A stretch of DNA of 63,983 nt, counting the filler, from Stramenopiles sp. TOSAG23-3 (Eukaryota), in NCBI GenBank assembly GCA_900128585.1. It is 7 parts of 7 records of this genome, joined end to end, with 100 filler letters (N's around TTAATTAATTAA, not from the genome) between each part and the next. Parts side by side here need not be neighbours in the genome. Positions count along the whole stretch, not along the records: positions 43,719 to 58,169 come from LT642567.1; positions 58,270 to 60,108 come from LT645331.1; positions 60,209 to 62,046 come from LT645332.1; positions 62,147 to 63,983 come from LT645333.1; 3 more parts are not named here. One strand, written 5' to 3'. The number at the start of each line of letters is the position of its first letter. The stretch's first letter is position 1. Of this stretch, positions 52,672-62,455 are shown piece by piece. A program made the position numbers and the translations under genes. The notes beneath the pieces are model-generated. The model did no database searches. It was not told where the DNA came from and saw nothing but the letters and a program-made list of their open reading frames with translations.

Positions 52672-53364
52672 TTACTCAAGTTCCGGCATATCGTCCAAGT
52701 CTTCAACATCATCGTCCGAGTCAACCTCGTCTGCGTCTCCGCCCATTCCCGGAGGCATACCCCCCATTCCCGGGGGCATACCTCCCATTCCCGGCATGCC
52801 TCCGCCGGCGCCGCCTTGCATCCCAGCCATCATCTTTTGAAGCGCGGCCATGTCCATTCCGCCAGCGCCGCCTCCGGCGCCGCCCATGCCTGGCATTCCG
52901 CCCATTCCAGGCATCCCGCCCATGCCAGGCGGCATGCCGCCCATGCCTTGCATACCACTCGAATCGACGTCTTTGGCACCATCAAGCTCGTCTTCGTCCA
53001 CCCATTTGTCCCAGTCGGCCTTGACGAAGCGTTTCTGAAGGTTTTTGTCCTTCAAAAGGCGCGGCCAGAAGACTTCTTCGTCGTCGTCGTCTTTGGCGCC
53101 ATCTTCCTGCTTGCGTTTCAAGACAAAGAAAACGTTTCGTCCACGGACCTCGTACTTGCTGTTTTCCGCGTCTATGTCCTTGAACAACTCCATTTCGCAT
53201 TCGTACAACTTACCTGCACTCTTTGCAGAAAATTTTACAATGTTGCTGTCCACGGATATTTTCTCATCGGTGACGTCAGCAATATCTACCGTAACGTAGA
53301 TTTCTTCCTTTCGCTGTGCCCAAAGGCAGGTGGGAATGTTAATTTGCGAGGCAACGGCTGCCAT
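52672..53364 (-). CDS. p23/Sba1 HSP90 co-chaperone with GGMP-rich tail
   Basis: P.CLWAQR, WPRLLK, KADWDKWVDEDE. Confidence 0.93.
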   Translation of the reverse strand: MAAVASQINIPTCLWAQRKEEIYVTVDIADVTDEKISVDSNIVKFSAKSAGKLYECEMELFKDIDAENSKYEVRGRNVFFVLKRKQEDGAKDDDDEEVFWPRLLKDKNLQKRFVKADWDKWVDEDELDGAKDVDSSGMQGMGGMPPGMGGMPGMGGMPGMGGAGGGAGGMDMAALQKMMAGMQGGAGGGMPGMGGMPPGMGGMPPGMGGDADEVDSDDDVEDLDDMPELE

Positions 53365-53656
53365 GGTTGTGTATGGTACAAAAAATTTGTTTGTAGGTAG
53401 GTTAGTAATGATTCGTTGAAATTCAAATCGTTGTAATGTGCTGAGCTGATCTGGCGCAAACTCGCGGCTTTCCCCAACTTTTGTTTTCTGCCATTCCTCT
53501 TTCCTTGTTCCCTTTCATTCTTCGTTTGCGTTAATGATTCACTTTTTTTGACTAAAAAAATCCATTTTTTCGCAAAAAAAAAAGTGAACGTTGTTGTAAG
53601 TATTTTTTATTCAACCCTATCATTATATTAAATGTTGTTGTGTGTCCTTGGAACCG

Positions 53657-53738
53657 AATGGGTGGCTCGAGGGATGATTATCTTCATTGTATATTTGTAT
53701 ACTTATGTCCTATATATATATTGTACTTATTATTTATT
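53657..53738 (+). repeat. 82-nt segment repeated in inverted orientation at contig end 58088-58169
   Basis: aatgggtggctcgaggg...cttattatttatt is the exact reverse complement of the contig-terminal bases. Confidence 0.9.
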
Positions 53739-56700
53739 TCTTCTTTTTGTTCTTCTTTTTTGTCTTTGTCTTTGTCTTTGTTCCGTCTCCTTTTTTATGT
53801 TTCTTTCTGGACTCCCGCCCACGTTGGATTGCTTGGAGTTTGGTTGCGGCTTCTTGCTCTTCCATCATTTGCTTTCGTGCCATTCTGCCTCGGTGCAATG
53901 CTTGAATTTTTGACGCTGCGTTGGTGTCGGCGTCCCCGGGCGGTGGTGCTGTAGCAGCCTTAGTTTTGTTCAAACTCGAGACCACGCTCTTCTTGGCCCT
54001 CAGTTTCGCAACGAAGCGTTTTACCCGGAGGGTAGTGCTCAGGGCAACAAACCCCTTCTCTCGCCGTGCCATCGTCGTCAGCGTGCGGTACTTGGACCAT
54101 GCTTGCTCCAGCTGGTCCGCCTGCTGTATCCTCAGGTCCTTTTCAATAGACTCGATCATGATGGTAACGCCTTTGACTGCGTCCTCGTTGCTGCTCTTTA
54201 TGCTCTCCAAGTACTCGTCGATCTCCTCCTTGGAGTCCTCCCACGCGTCCTTGATGATGTCGTAGTTGGCGATGTTCGTAAGCTCTTTCTCCGACAGGTT
54301 CTTGTTTTGGCCATCCCCTATCTCGTCCATGAGGAAAGTGTCTTCAATATCCAGTAGCATCTCACCCTCCCCCCCTCCCTCGGACGCGACGCCAGGTTTC
54401 CCGGCTCCCCCGCCCCCTCCCTTTCGCATCCGCACCAGCTCGGACAATTGCTCGTCGTTGAACGAGCTGTCGATCACTTCCAGGAACGAGTCTTCGTTGA
54501 TGATGCCTTTCTCCTGGTCCACCATCGCGCTTTTGTACAACCGCATCGCGCGCTTCTTCTTGAACTTTCCGGCCAGGTCACCAAGGGCCGCTTTCAGCAG
54601 CACCCTGAACTCGTCAAACGTTAACCGGCCCTCCAAACCTTCCCCAAAAGTGCGAAAAGTTCGTCGAATCTCCAGGCGAACGGCGGCCGCCTCAAGCTGG
54701 CACGACCGCCGCATGATGCGGACAAAGTACTCAATGTACGTGTACAGGTACACCGACTGGCCGAGAATTGCTTTGTAGTCTTCGCGCGCGTTCTGTCCGA
54801 GCACACGTTTGACAAAGACAAACTTTCGTATCGGTTCAAGTTTCTCCAACTTCTCGGCCTTCTTGCCGAGGAAAGCCATCGCTTGGAAGGCGCTCCGCAG
54901 GAAGGACTCCTTTGGGAAGTCCAGACCCACGATTCGGGTCGAGCCGATGAACTCTTTTGCCGGCGGCTCCAGAGCGACAGACCGCAAGTCTGGCCAACTG
55001 TTGTGGTCGTGCACGCACTCGCTCTTGTACAGTGTCGAGCGAGTGAGTGCTTTGCGCAAGTTGTCGAACCCAGAAATGAGGCTGCACTCCAGGGGGGAAC
55101 CCTCTTTTCGCATTTGGTGCAACGCGTGGATGCCGCTCAAGGGGCTTCGCTTCACGTTGTGCAGGCATCGAAAGGCGCGGTTCATGTCGACGACGTGGTG
55201 TATGTTCGAGTTCCCGTCGACGTGGATCCCCAGCATCTTTTGCATGAAGTGGATCCTGGGGTGATCTTTCACTTTCTTCATGCTGGCCAGGAATTTCCCC
55301 AGCTGCCTGTCCGCGAGCTTCTTCATACCGTATTTGTGAAAGAACCAGTCCACGATGAAGACCGGTAGGCACTCGTTGATGTCCGGGTCGTCTTTCATCG
55401 CGCGGATCTTGTCGGCAAGGATCATGGCTATTGTCTTCAACACAAGGGGTTTTGGCAGCAGCTTCTTCTTCTTTTTCTTCAACCCCTGGAACCTGTCCAG
55501 GCACCTCTCGAGCTCTTTCGACGCCTTGTCGGCCTTGGAGACGGCGCTCGCTTTTCGCTTCTTCCGTTTCTCCGTCTGGACGGCAACGGACACGAACGAC
55601 CGCCCGTCGGCGTCGACGGTCTCCACTTCGGCCTCCTCGCACGGCCCGTTGTCCTCCATCCCCAGCGTGGCAACAGTTGCCGACTTCGTCTTTGCTACTA
55701 CGCTGGGCTGTTTCGCGGCCGCCGGGGTCGTTTGCGTGTCCACGCTTACCATGTGGGCATGGTTGTGGCCCATCTTCATCCCCAGGATTCGGAGCGAACC
55801 GGACAGCGTGTTGATCATGGTTTCCGCGTCCCGCCGGCGCAGCTTTATGTGAACGTCGTCTCTGTCGCTGTGCGGCCACGCCGCGTCCAGCGGGACTTCC
55901 GTGCTCGTGAAGTCTCCGTCCCGGGTGATCGTGAACACTTCGTGGTCAAGGGAGACCAGCCGTCCCCGCTGCAGAACGTTCCGCAGGTCTGCGTTGGAGG
56001 TGGCTACCTTTTCCCCCGCCTTCATCGCCAAGGTCACCCCGTGCAGCGTCACCCACGGCGACACCGCCACATCTTCCACGGGCGCTGCCGCCCCGGCGTC
56101 CCCACCGTCCTCGTCCACGCTCGTGTCTTCGAGCACGTAGATGTGCATGTTCCTGTTCCCTTTCCCTATCCAGGGCGAGGCCAAGGGGAACTCCTCGTCG
56201 CTGTACGTCCCGTACTGGGCAACGTGGAACAGCTGCCCCCCAATTTTGACGTGGGAGCCCCGTTTCACCATGGAGCGGACGTCCGCGCTCGTGATGACGG
56301 CCGCCTCGCCTTCGATCACGGTGCCCGTGGCCGGCACCAGCCGCCACTCCTCGTCGTCGTCCGGCTCCATGTCGCTGCCATCGTCGTATTCGGACTTGCA
56401 CGCACTCTTTTCAATGTACAGCGGGATGCTGTACGTGGCCTCGTTCATCCAGATGGCGTTCAGCGGTATGCAGGAGGGGTAAAAGTCCCCCTCGTAGTTC
56501 ACGGTGAACCGTTTCGGGCCGATTTTAATTTTTTGCCCACGCGCCAGGACGTGAGTCATGTCGACACTGCTCTGCGCCATCGCGCTCATGTGCGCGATGT
56601 CCACGGTCACCCCGGACAGCTTGACCCACTCCGTCTTGTCCCCAGAGGTGTCGTACTTGTCCAGCTTTGGGGAGCGGCCGATGCTCGTCATCAGGTCGTC

Positions 56701-57912
56701 GTGCAACTTTTGAAGGTTCCGGTCCACATTGGAAAACTGCTTCGACACGAGGAGGCTCTTTCGCTTCTTCAGGGCTTCCTTCGTCTGCTCGTTTGACGCG
56801 CTGTCGGCACCGGGTTCCTGCTGATTGCTGCCCGCGCTGCCACGGCTGAAACTGGTGCGACTCACCGGGACGGCAAGGGCGTTCCGGAGCATTTCCTCTT
56901 GTTTTCTATTCTTATTTACATGCGCCCCCAGCCGCATCCCTAGTGTCATTTTCTTCGCCGCTTTCCGGAAGAACTTGTTGTTTGCAAACCTGCTGGTGCC
57001 CCGGTGCTTGGCGGGCTCGGACGTCGACTTTATCAAGTTCATGTGCTCCTCGTGCTGGCGTTTGTGCAGGTCGTGCTCTTCTTTGAGCGCCCGCAGCCTG
57101 CCCTCGAAGTCTTCCTTTGCCAGGCTGATGTGGCTGTGCGTTAAGTTCCGAATCTTGTCGAACGTGTTGTTGTACGCTTTCAAGATCCTCGTCATCGAGC
57201 TCCCCAGGTGCGGGCTCAGGCCCTCTATTCTCCGCAGGGCCTCGTGGCAGTACGAATTGTAGAACAGCTGGATCTCCTCTATGTACTCCCAGCTTTCCCG
57301 TTTGTACCGCTTGTTTAAAAAGGCCTCCATTTTGTTGGCCCACTCCTCCACCAGCGCCACGTCCATGCGGCTCCCGTCCGCCTCCAGCGGGGGCAGCACC
57401 CGTTCGCTCTCCCCGTCCTTTACAAAGTACCGATGCTCGTGCGGCACAAGCGTTGCGTCGGCGTTGGGCGCATCGACGTCCAGGGGGGCTCGACCGCCGC
57501 CTTGGCGAAACCGGTGCCGTGACGGTTGAGGGCGCAGCGGCGACAGCGGTGGGCGCAGGGCAAGTATTCGCAGTTTTTGAAAACGGTTCTGTTCCTCCTG
57601 CCCCACGGTCTGCTCGTACGTGTGCTGGGCCGTTAAAAGCGCCTGGCGTTCAATCCATGCGTCCTCTTCCACCTGCTCTTCCTCTGCTGCCAGCTCCTCC
57701 CTCTCGTCTATCACACTGTTCACTTCCTCAAAATTAGTATCTGACGGGGCACGGTAGCCGAGCGACGGGTCGTGATGTTTGGAAATAACACGTCGTGGGG
57801 CCAAACCAAACGGCAGCGAGGACACCGGCTGCGCGGAATAGTCGGGGTTCACGACAGCCGGCTGCGGCTGCTGCTGCTGCTTCGCCTTTGCGAGCGACAG
57901 AAGTTTGTGCAT
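53734..57912 (-). CDS. Large coiled-coil protein with three beta-rich repeats, EF-hand-like pair and two IQ motifs (probable axonemal/cytoskeletal)
   Basis: IQALHRGRMAR and LQAIQRGRESR; GRLTFDEF; FFHKYGMKKLADRQL; likely start MHKLL at 57912 (ORF extension runs through AT-rich duplicated DNA). Confidence 0.78.
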   Translation of the reverse strand: MHKLLSLAKAKQQQQPQPAVVNPDYSAQPVSSLPFGLAPRRVISKHHDPSLGYRAPSDTNFEEVNSVIDEREELAAEEEQVEEDAWIERQALLTAQHTYEQTVGQEEQNRFQKLRILALRPPLSPLRPQPSRHRFRQGGGRAPLDVDAPNADATLVPHEHRYFVKDGESERVLPPLEADGSRMDVALVEEWANKMEAFLNKRYKRESWEYIEEIQLFYNSYCHEALRRIEGLSPHLGSSMTRILKAYNNTFDKIRNLTHSHISLAKEDFEGRLRALKEEHDLHKRQHEEHMNLIKSTSEPAKHRGTSRFANNKFFRKAAKKMTLGMRLGAHVNKNRKQEEMLRNALAVPVSRTSFSRGSAGSNQQEPGADSASNEQTKEALKKRKSLLVSKQFSNVDRNLQKLHDDLMTSIGRSPKLDKYDTSGDKTEWVKLSGVTVDIAHMSAMAQSSVDMTHVLARGQKIKIGPKRFTVNYEGDFYPSCIPLNAIWMNEATYSIPLYIEKSACKSEYDDGSDMEPDDDEEWRLVPATGTVIEGEAAVITSADVRSMVKRGSHVKIGGQLFHVAQYGTYSDEEFPLASPWIGKGNRNMHIYVLEDTSVDEDGGDAGAAAPVEDVAVSPWVTLHGVTLAMKAGEKVATSNADLRNVLQRGRLVSLDHEVFTITRDGDFTSTEVPLDAAWPHSDRDDVHIKLRRRDAETMINTLSGSLRILGMKMGHNHAHMVSVDTQTTPAAAKQPSVVAKTKSATVATLGMEDNGPCEEAEVETVDADGRSFVSVAVQTEKRKKRKASAVSKADKASKELERCLDRFQGLKKKKKKLLPKPLVLKTIAMILADKIRAMKDDPDINECLPVFIVDWFFHKYGMKKLADRQLGKFLASMKKVKDHPRIHFMQKMLGIHVDGNSNIHHVVDMNRAFRCLHNVKRSPLSGIHALHQMRKEGSPLECSLISGFDNLRKALTRSTLYKSECVHDHNSWPDLRSVALEPPAKEFIGSTRIVGLDFPKESFLRSAFQAMAFLGKKAEKLEKLEPIRKFVFVKRVLGQNAREDYKAILGQSVYLYTYIEYFVRIMRRSCQLEAAAVRLEIRRTFRTFGEGLEGRLTFDEFRVLLKAALGDLAGKFKKKRAMRLYKSAMVDQEKGIINEDSFLEVIDSSFNDEQLSELVRMRKGGGGGAGKPGVASEGGGEGEMLLDIEDTFLMDEIGDGQNKNLSEKELTNIANYDIIKDAWEDSKEEIDEYLESIKSSNEDAVKGVTIMIESIEKDLRIQQADQLEQAWSKYRTLTTMARREKGFVALSTTLRVKRFVAKLRAKKSVVSSLNKTKAATAPPPGDADTNAASKIQALHRGRMARKQMMEEQEAATKLQAIQRGRESRKKHKKGDGTKTKTKTKKKNKKKK

Positions 57913-58169
57913 GGCTGCTGGTCCAGTTGTCAAACGAACGAGCGAGCGAGCGAAAACAATTTTGTGTAAACCTTTCTTCGGTAGTGCAGACTTTTCGGGT
58001 GGAATTGTCCGGAGGGGTATACGCCAAGTCGTTTGGAAATCAATACCAGATTGCCGGCGAAAGTAAATATATAGAAGAAATAATAATAATAAATAATAAG
58101 TACAATATATATATAGGACATAAGTATACAAATATACAATGAAGATAATCATCCCTCGAGCCACCCATT

Positions 58170-58269
58170 NNNNNNNNNNNNNNNNNNNNNNNNNNNNNNN
58201 NNNNNNNNNNNNNTTAATTAATTAANNNNNNNNNNNNNNNNNNNNNNNNNNNNNNNNNNNNNNNNNNNN
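58170..58269. other. Artificial contig linker
   Basis: N-TTAATTAATTAA-N, 100 nt. Confidence 0.98.
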
Positions 58270-59285
58270 TGAAATGAAGAAAGAAAAGAGAAAACATTAT
58301 AATAATTTTGGCAAAATTGAATAGGTTAATTCAAGTACACAGACTTGTATAACACAGACAAAGAGTACAAAATCTCGTAGACTTCGATTGGTGTAATGGT
58401 TGGTTGACGGTGCTATCGAGTCGTAACCCGAACTCCGTTTATTGTAATAGAAACTGCTATTAAAAAGATAATCATTCTCTACCCTTGCTGCACACCAACT
58501 GTCTCTCTTTAAAAGGAAAGAAGAGAAAAGAATATTCTACAGAGGTAATTAAATTGAAGCAATTTTAATTTCGGTGGAGTTCGGTCAATTTATACAAAAT
58601 TAGGTGAATTGAAAATGTATTGGAAATATTGCTGCTATTGTTATATAGTTACGGTATAATATATACTCGTAGTTACGCAACTCTAGGACTCTAGGCCATT
58701 TTTAATTTAATTCTCGTCTATTATGAACCATAGAAATCAGAGAATAAGGAAAGAGCAAAGATCGATTTTAATAAACTCTCCGTACTAAATATTATAAAGC
58801 TATACTATAGCGCTTTGGAGAGAGAGAGAGAGAGAGAGAGATAGGTCCGTGTTTCTTTATTAGTTATACTTATAGTATTACGTTCCTATTTAAATTCGTA
58901 TTTTAAATTAAACCATCTCACCTGAATCCTCTACATCCATCAATCAAATAAAAAAGAAAATGAAATAATTAAGCTTGAGAGATTGAGAGATTGCTACGGT
59001 ATTAATACCGTACCGTACCAGGTCCATGAGAAAAAGGTGGTGCGTGGTACGATGAAGAAGAAGAAGAAGAAGAAGAGAAGGGGTTTTTTATTATTATATT
59101 ATTATTTCAGTTTTTTTGTAGTTTTAAAGTGAAAGTGCGTGCATGAGAGAGAGAAGGGAATGATAAAAGTATACGAAAGGGAAGGAGAAGAGGAGAGACG
59201 AAAAGTGTGTATATTACTCTTTGTATATATACACATCGCAATTCTATTTGAATTTAATTCACGTTACCGAGTTTCTACAACAAAC

Positions 59286-59621
59286 ATGGAAGAGCAGTAC
59301 AATAACTTTGACCGCGTCGACGCCTTCGACGAGGTGAACGCCGCCGAGGGGCTTGGGAGTGGTAATAAAGTGCACATTCGTGTGCAACAGCGCAATCGCC
59401 GTAAGTGTATTTTGACAGTTCAGGGGCTAGATGATGATTTGGATCTGAAGAAAATCTGTAAAGCGCTGCGCAAAAACCTTCAGTGCAACGGAAACGTAAC
59501 CAAGGATAAAGAATATGGGGATATCCTTCAGCTGCAGGGGGACCACAGAGAGGCGGTCAAACAGTTCCTTATCGGCCAAGAGATCGTCATGCCAAACCAA
59601 CTCATGGTTCACGGTGACTAA
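59286..59621 (+). CDS. EIF1: Translation initiation factor eIF1/SUI1
   Basis: VHIRVQQRNRRKCILTVQGL..DLKKI.K...CNG.V..YGDILQLQGDHR..VHG. Confidence 0.97.
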   Translation: MEEQYNNFDRVDAFDEVNAAEGLGSGNKVHIRVQQRNRRKCILTVQGLDDDLDLKKICKALRKNLQCNGNVTKDKEYGDILQLQGDHREAVKQFLIGQEIVMPNQLMVHGD

Positions 59622-60108
59622 GCGTGCGGCCTGTTTTGCGGGTCCAGAAGACGCAAGCAAACTAGGGGAAGGGGAGGCCCGTGTCTGGGGCAATCTTGTG
59701 TTCGTAGTGTACAAAAAATATAACATATGCCCGTCGGCAAGAAAGGCGACGTGGGGGCCTTTTCGTGGGCCAGCACCAAAGCAGTGCACGCATCGGGCAT
59801 TAAAATACGAGACAGAGAGAGAAAAATACGCGCGAGAAAATACGCGTAAACGTGACACGAGCAGTAAATTACATCATACATTCGTACGAGTATATTTTTT
59901 AGTTCCATTGAAACGTGCACATACTTATGGTTTGAAAAAATGCGTCTCCTCTCCTTCTCGTTCTTTCAGGCGGCTTTGACGGGGTCCACGCACGCTCTAC
60001 AGGCGGCTTCCAGAGGGTCGCATCGTCCGGAGCAGTTCCGCCTGCCGCACGCCACGTTGTTGGGACAGGAGCTGCTCGTGCTCTTTTCGGTACCAAAGGT
60101 TTTGCAGG

Positions 60109-60208
60109 NNNNNNNNNNNNNNNNNNNNNNNNNNNNNNNNNNNNNNNNNNNNTTAATTAATTAANNNNNNNNNNNNNNNNNNNNNNNNNNNNNNNNNNNN
60201 NNNNNNNN
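60109..60208. other. Artificial contig linker
   Basis: N-TTAATTAATTAA-N, 100 nt. Confidence 0.98.
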
Positions 60209-60209
60209 A

Positions 60210-61676
60210 TTTGATCGTATCTGCGCAGAAGACAAAGGCGGACACCTCACTATCAAGGCTGGGGCGTACGTTTTCTCCAACACGTCACTTGAGATTACTG
60301 ACTGCCGCCATGTATCCGTCCATGGTTATGGTGCTATATTTTTGTTCTACTATGGCTTCGGCATCTCAATCAAAAACTGCGAAAATGTTACAGTGCAAGG
60401 ATTAACACTAGACTCAGACCCTCCCAACTACGCTCAGGGTCGAGTTACTCATGTCGATTCAAATACAGCCTCTTTCACTTCCACTTTTGACGAGGCCTTT
60501 TTGATGCCTGACACATCGACTGTACCTTTCAATGCACCTGGCGGCTCAGCAGGAGCAAAGATTATGTTCTGGAGAGCCGATACTCGGCTTCCCTCTCGTC
60601 AAGTTCATTTTCTTAAATCGAGTAAACCCGCTAACGGTGTCGACTCTTGGCAAATCGAAGTGAAGCACAGCTTGTCTTCTCCACCACCGAAAAAGGGAGA
60701 TCTTGTCACCGTGTTTCCAAGGAAAGGATTCACTTGGCTCAGTTACAACTCGTCTGGTGTGGTTGCTGATAGCATTGTCATCCATGCTGGTGGAAATATG
60801 GGGTTTTTAGAGATGATGGGAGAAGGTGGACATTTGTACCGCAATGTGTCAATCGTGCGAAAACCAGGAAGTCGAGGACTAATGGCACTCAATGCCGATG
60901 GTTTTCATTCAAACTCTGTGAGGGTAGGCCCTACTCTTGAAAACAGCGAAATTTCTTTCACTGGGGACGACCATTTGAACATACACGCATCCATGCTGGT
61001 AGTATGCAAAGGCATAAAGCCTAATCAGCTTGCTATCATCGATCCGTCTGACCAAATAATTGTACCAGGAGATACACTTAGTTTTTACAAACTGCTCTCA
61101 TCTATGCCAGGGCATCCGCCGGGTAGCCTAAATCCATTCCTGGCAAGTGCTATTGTGAAGGGCATCAGAAAGGCAACGGATCCCTCTCTTATTCAGGATT
61201 GCCAAAAAGCCAGCACATTAATGGGCCAGCCTCCTTATAATGCCTGGCTAATAGTGAGCACCTTAAATAGTCCAGTGTATGTCGTAGATTTTGAAACGCC
61301 TCTTAGTCCATCGGTGACTAGTACAAGGTATAACTTGGTATCCTTAGACTCCAATCTATGTGCTAACGCGAAAGTGCGAGGCAACTACTTTCACGATAGC
61401 TGTGGCTCTGGTGGCAGGATTCTTCTCAAATCGAGAAACGCTACCTTTGAGAAAAATGTTGCAGAGAGATTCGGTGGCATTCACATTACGACTGAACAGG
61501 AGTGGCTTGAGGGAGATCTTGGCATAGGAAATATAGTATTGGATAGCAACTTTATTGAGGATCAGGACGGATTTCTTACACACGTAGACGTCATGCCTGG
61601 TTTGGTCAACGTCACTTGTGAAAACACATCATTTGTTGAGCATGGAAAGACCACCCATCGCTCAGAGGGCTGCTAA
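60210..61676 (+). CDS. Parallel beta-helix glycosidase, GH110 alpha-galactosidase-like, 5'-truncated
   Basis: Frame open from 60210; TLDSDPPNYAQGRV, LNADGFH, GPTLENS..FTGDDHLNIH. Confidence 0.72.
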   Translation, partial: FDRICAEDKGGHLTIKAGAYVFSNTSLEITDCRHVSVHGYGAIFLFYYGFGISIKNCENVTVQGLTLDSDPPNYAQGRVTHVDSNTASFTSTFDEAFLMPDTSTVPFNAPGGSAGAKIMFWRADTRLPSRQVHFLKSSKPANGVDSWQIEVKHSLSSPPPKKGDLVTVFPRKGFTWLSYNSSGVVADSIVIHAGGNMGFLEMMGEGGHLYRNVSIVRKPGSRGLMALNADGFHSNSVRVGPTLENSEISFTGDDHLNIHASMLVVCKGIKPNQLAIIDPSDQIIVPGDTLSFYKLLSSMPGHPPGSLNPFLASAIVKGIRKATDPSLIQDCQKASTLMGQPPYNAWLIVSTLNSPVYVVDFETPLSPSVTSTRYNLVSLDSNLCANAKVRGNYFHDSCGSGGRILLKSRNATFEKNVAERFGGIHITTEQEWLEGDLGIGNIVLDSNFIEDQDGFLTHVDVMPGLVNVTCENTSFVEHGKTTHRSEGC

Positions 61677-61807
61677 AACTAGACGCTATTGCTAGTGTAG
61701 TGCTATAGTCAATTATAATTTTAAAAACATTTTCCTAAAATATAATTCAATAGCATTTCAGTATTATTTTATATAAGCATAGTGTGACTGACTGACATAT
61801 TAATTTT

Positions 61808-62044
61808 TTAAAGGATACTTGTACGAGGAATAGTCGGGCCAAAGACACTGGCGTACAGCAGAACCGTAAGAATGCTTGACCCAATCCAATACCAATTTCT
61901 CTCTAGTCGGAAGGGATTCATGCCGGTGACTTTTTCCCGGTTCAACCATTGCATCATCCACATCATTCCACTTGTACCTCCCATAGAGCTGGGGATTGTC
62001 GACGTAAGGACGATCATTACTCCTTCTGGGTTTAGTAGACCAAT
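61808..62044 (-). CDS. C-terminal fragment of a probable membrane protein
   Basis: Frame open from contig end (IGLLNPEGVMIVLTS...WYWIGSSILTVLLYASVFGP); GC-richer than flank. Confidence 0.55.
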   Translation of the reverse strand: MGLLNPEGVMIVLTSTIPSSMGGTSGMMWMMQWLNREKVTGMNPFRLERNWYWIGSSILTVLLYASVFGPTIPRTSIL

Positions 62045-62046
62045 GC

Positions 62047-62146
62047 NNNNNNNNNNNNNNNNNNNNNNNNNNNNNNNNNNNNNNNNNNNNTTAATTAATT
62101 AANNNNNNNNNNNNNNNNNNNNNNNNNNNNNNNNNNNNNNNNNNNN
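62047..62146. other. Artificial contig linker
   Basis: N-TTAATTAATTAA-N, 100 nt. Confidence 0.98.
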
Positions 62147-62455
62147 ATGATATCGATGATAAAATAATAGATTGATTAGATGATCGGATGGATGTTGTTG
62201 CTGTGAGATGATGATTATTGAATTACTTTTTAAGTTGCATGTGAGTTCTTTCTTTTATTCACGTTCTTACTTACAGTAGTAAAAAAACAGTATTCATTAG
62301 TATTAGAAGAAATCTTAAGAATTCAGTTTCACAATTAGTTGCACAATCTGAAAGGGTCGTTTCCGCTTGCTTTTATTTTCTCTGCATTCCCTTAACATTA
62401 TCTTCTTCCCCCCCCTATCTCTCTCAGCGTTCATCGCAGTATACAACAACTCAAA

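Noticed and set aside
54836-56796. Long alternative-frame and antisense ORFs (347 and 354 aa), and similar ones over other genes
   Set aside because: Expected shadows of GC-rich coding sequence; no recognisable motifs.
57913-58164. Hydrophobic N-terminal extension of the 1476-aa ORF
   Set aside because: Largely translated from the AT-rich inverted duplicate of the 3' flank; ATG 57912 is the more plausible start.
58380-58440. tRNA-like TGGTGTAATGGT with a flanking hairpin
   Set aside because: No T-loop GTTCRA or acceptor stem.
59940-60108. Signal-peptide-like ORF as the missing 5' end of the GH110-like gene
   Set aside because: Contigs are length-sorted, so continuity across the linker is unsupported; the ORF itself is short and unrecognised.
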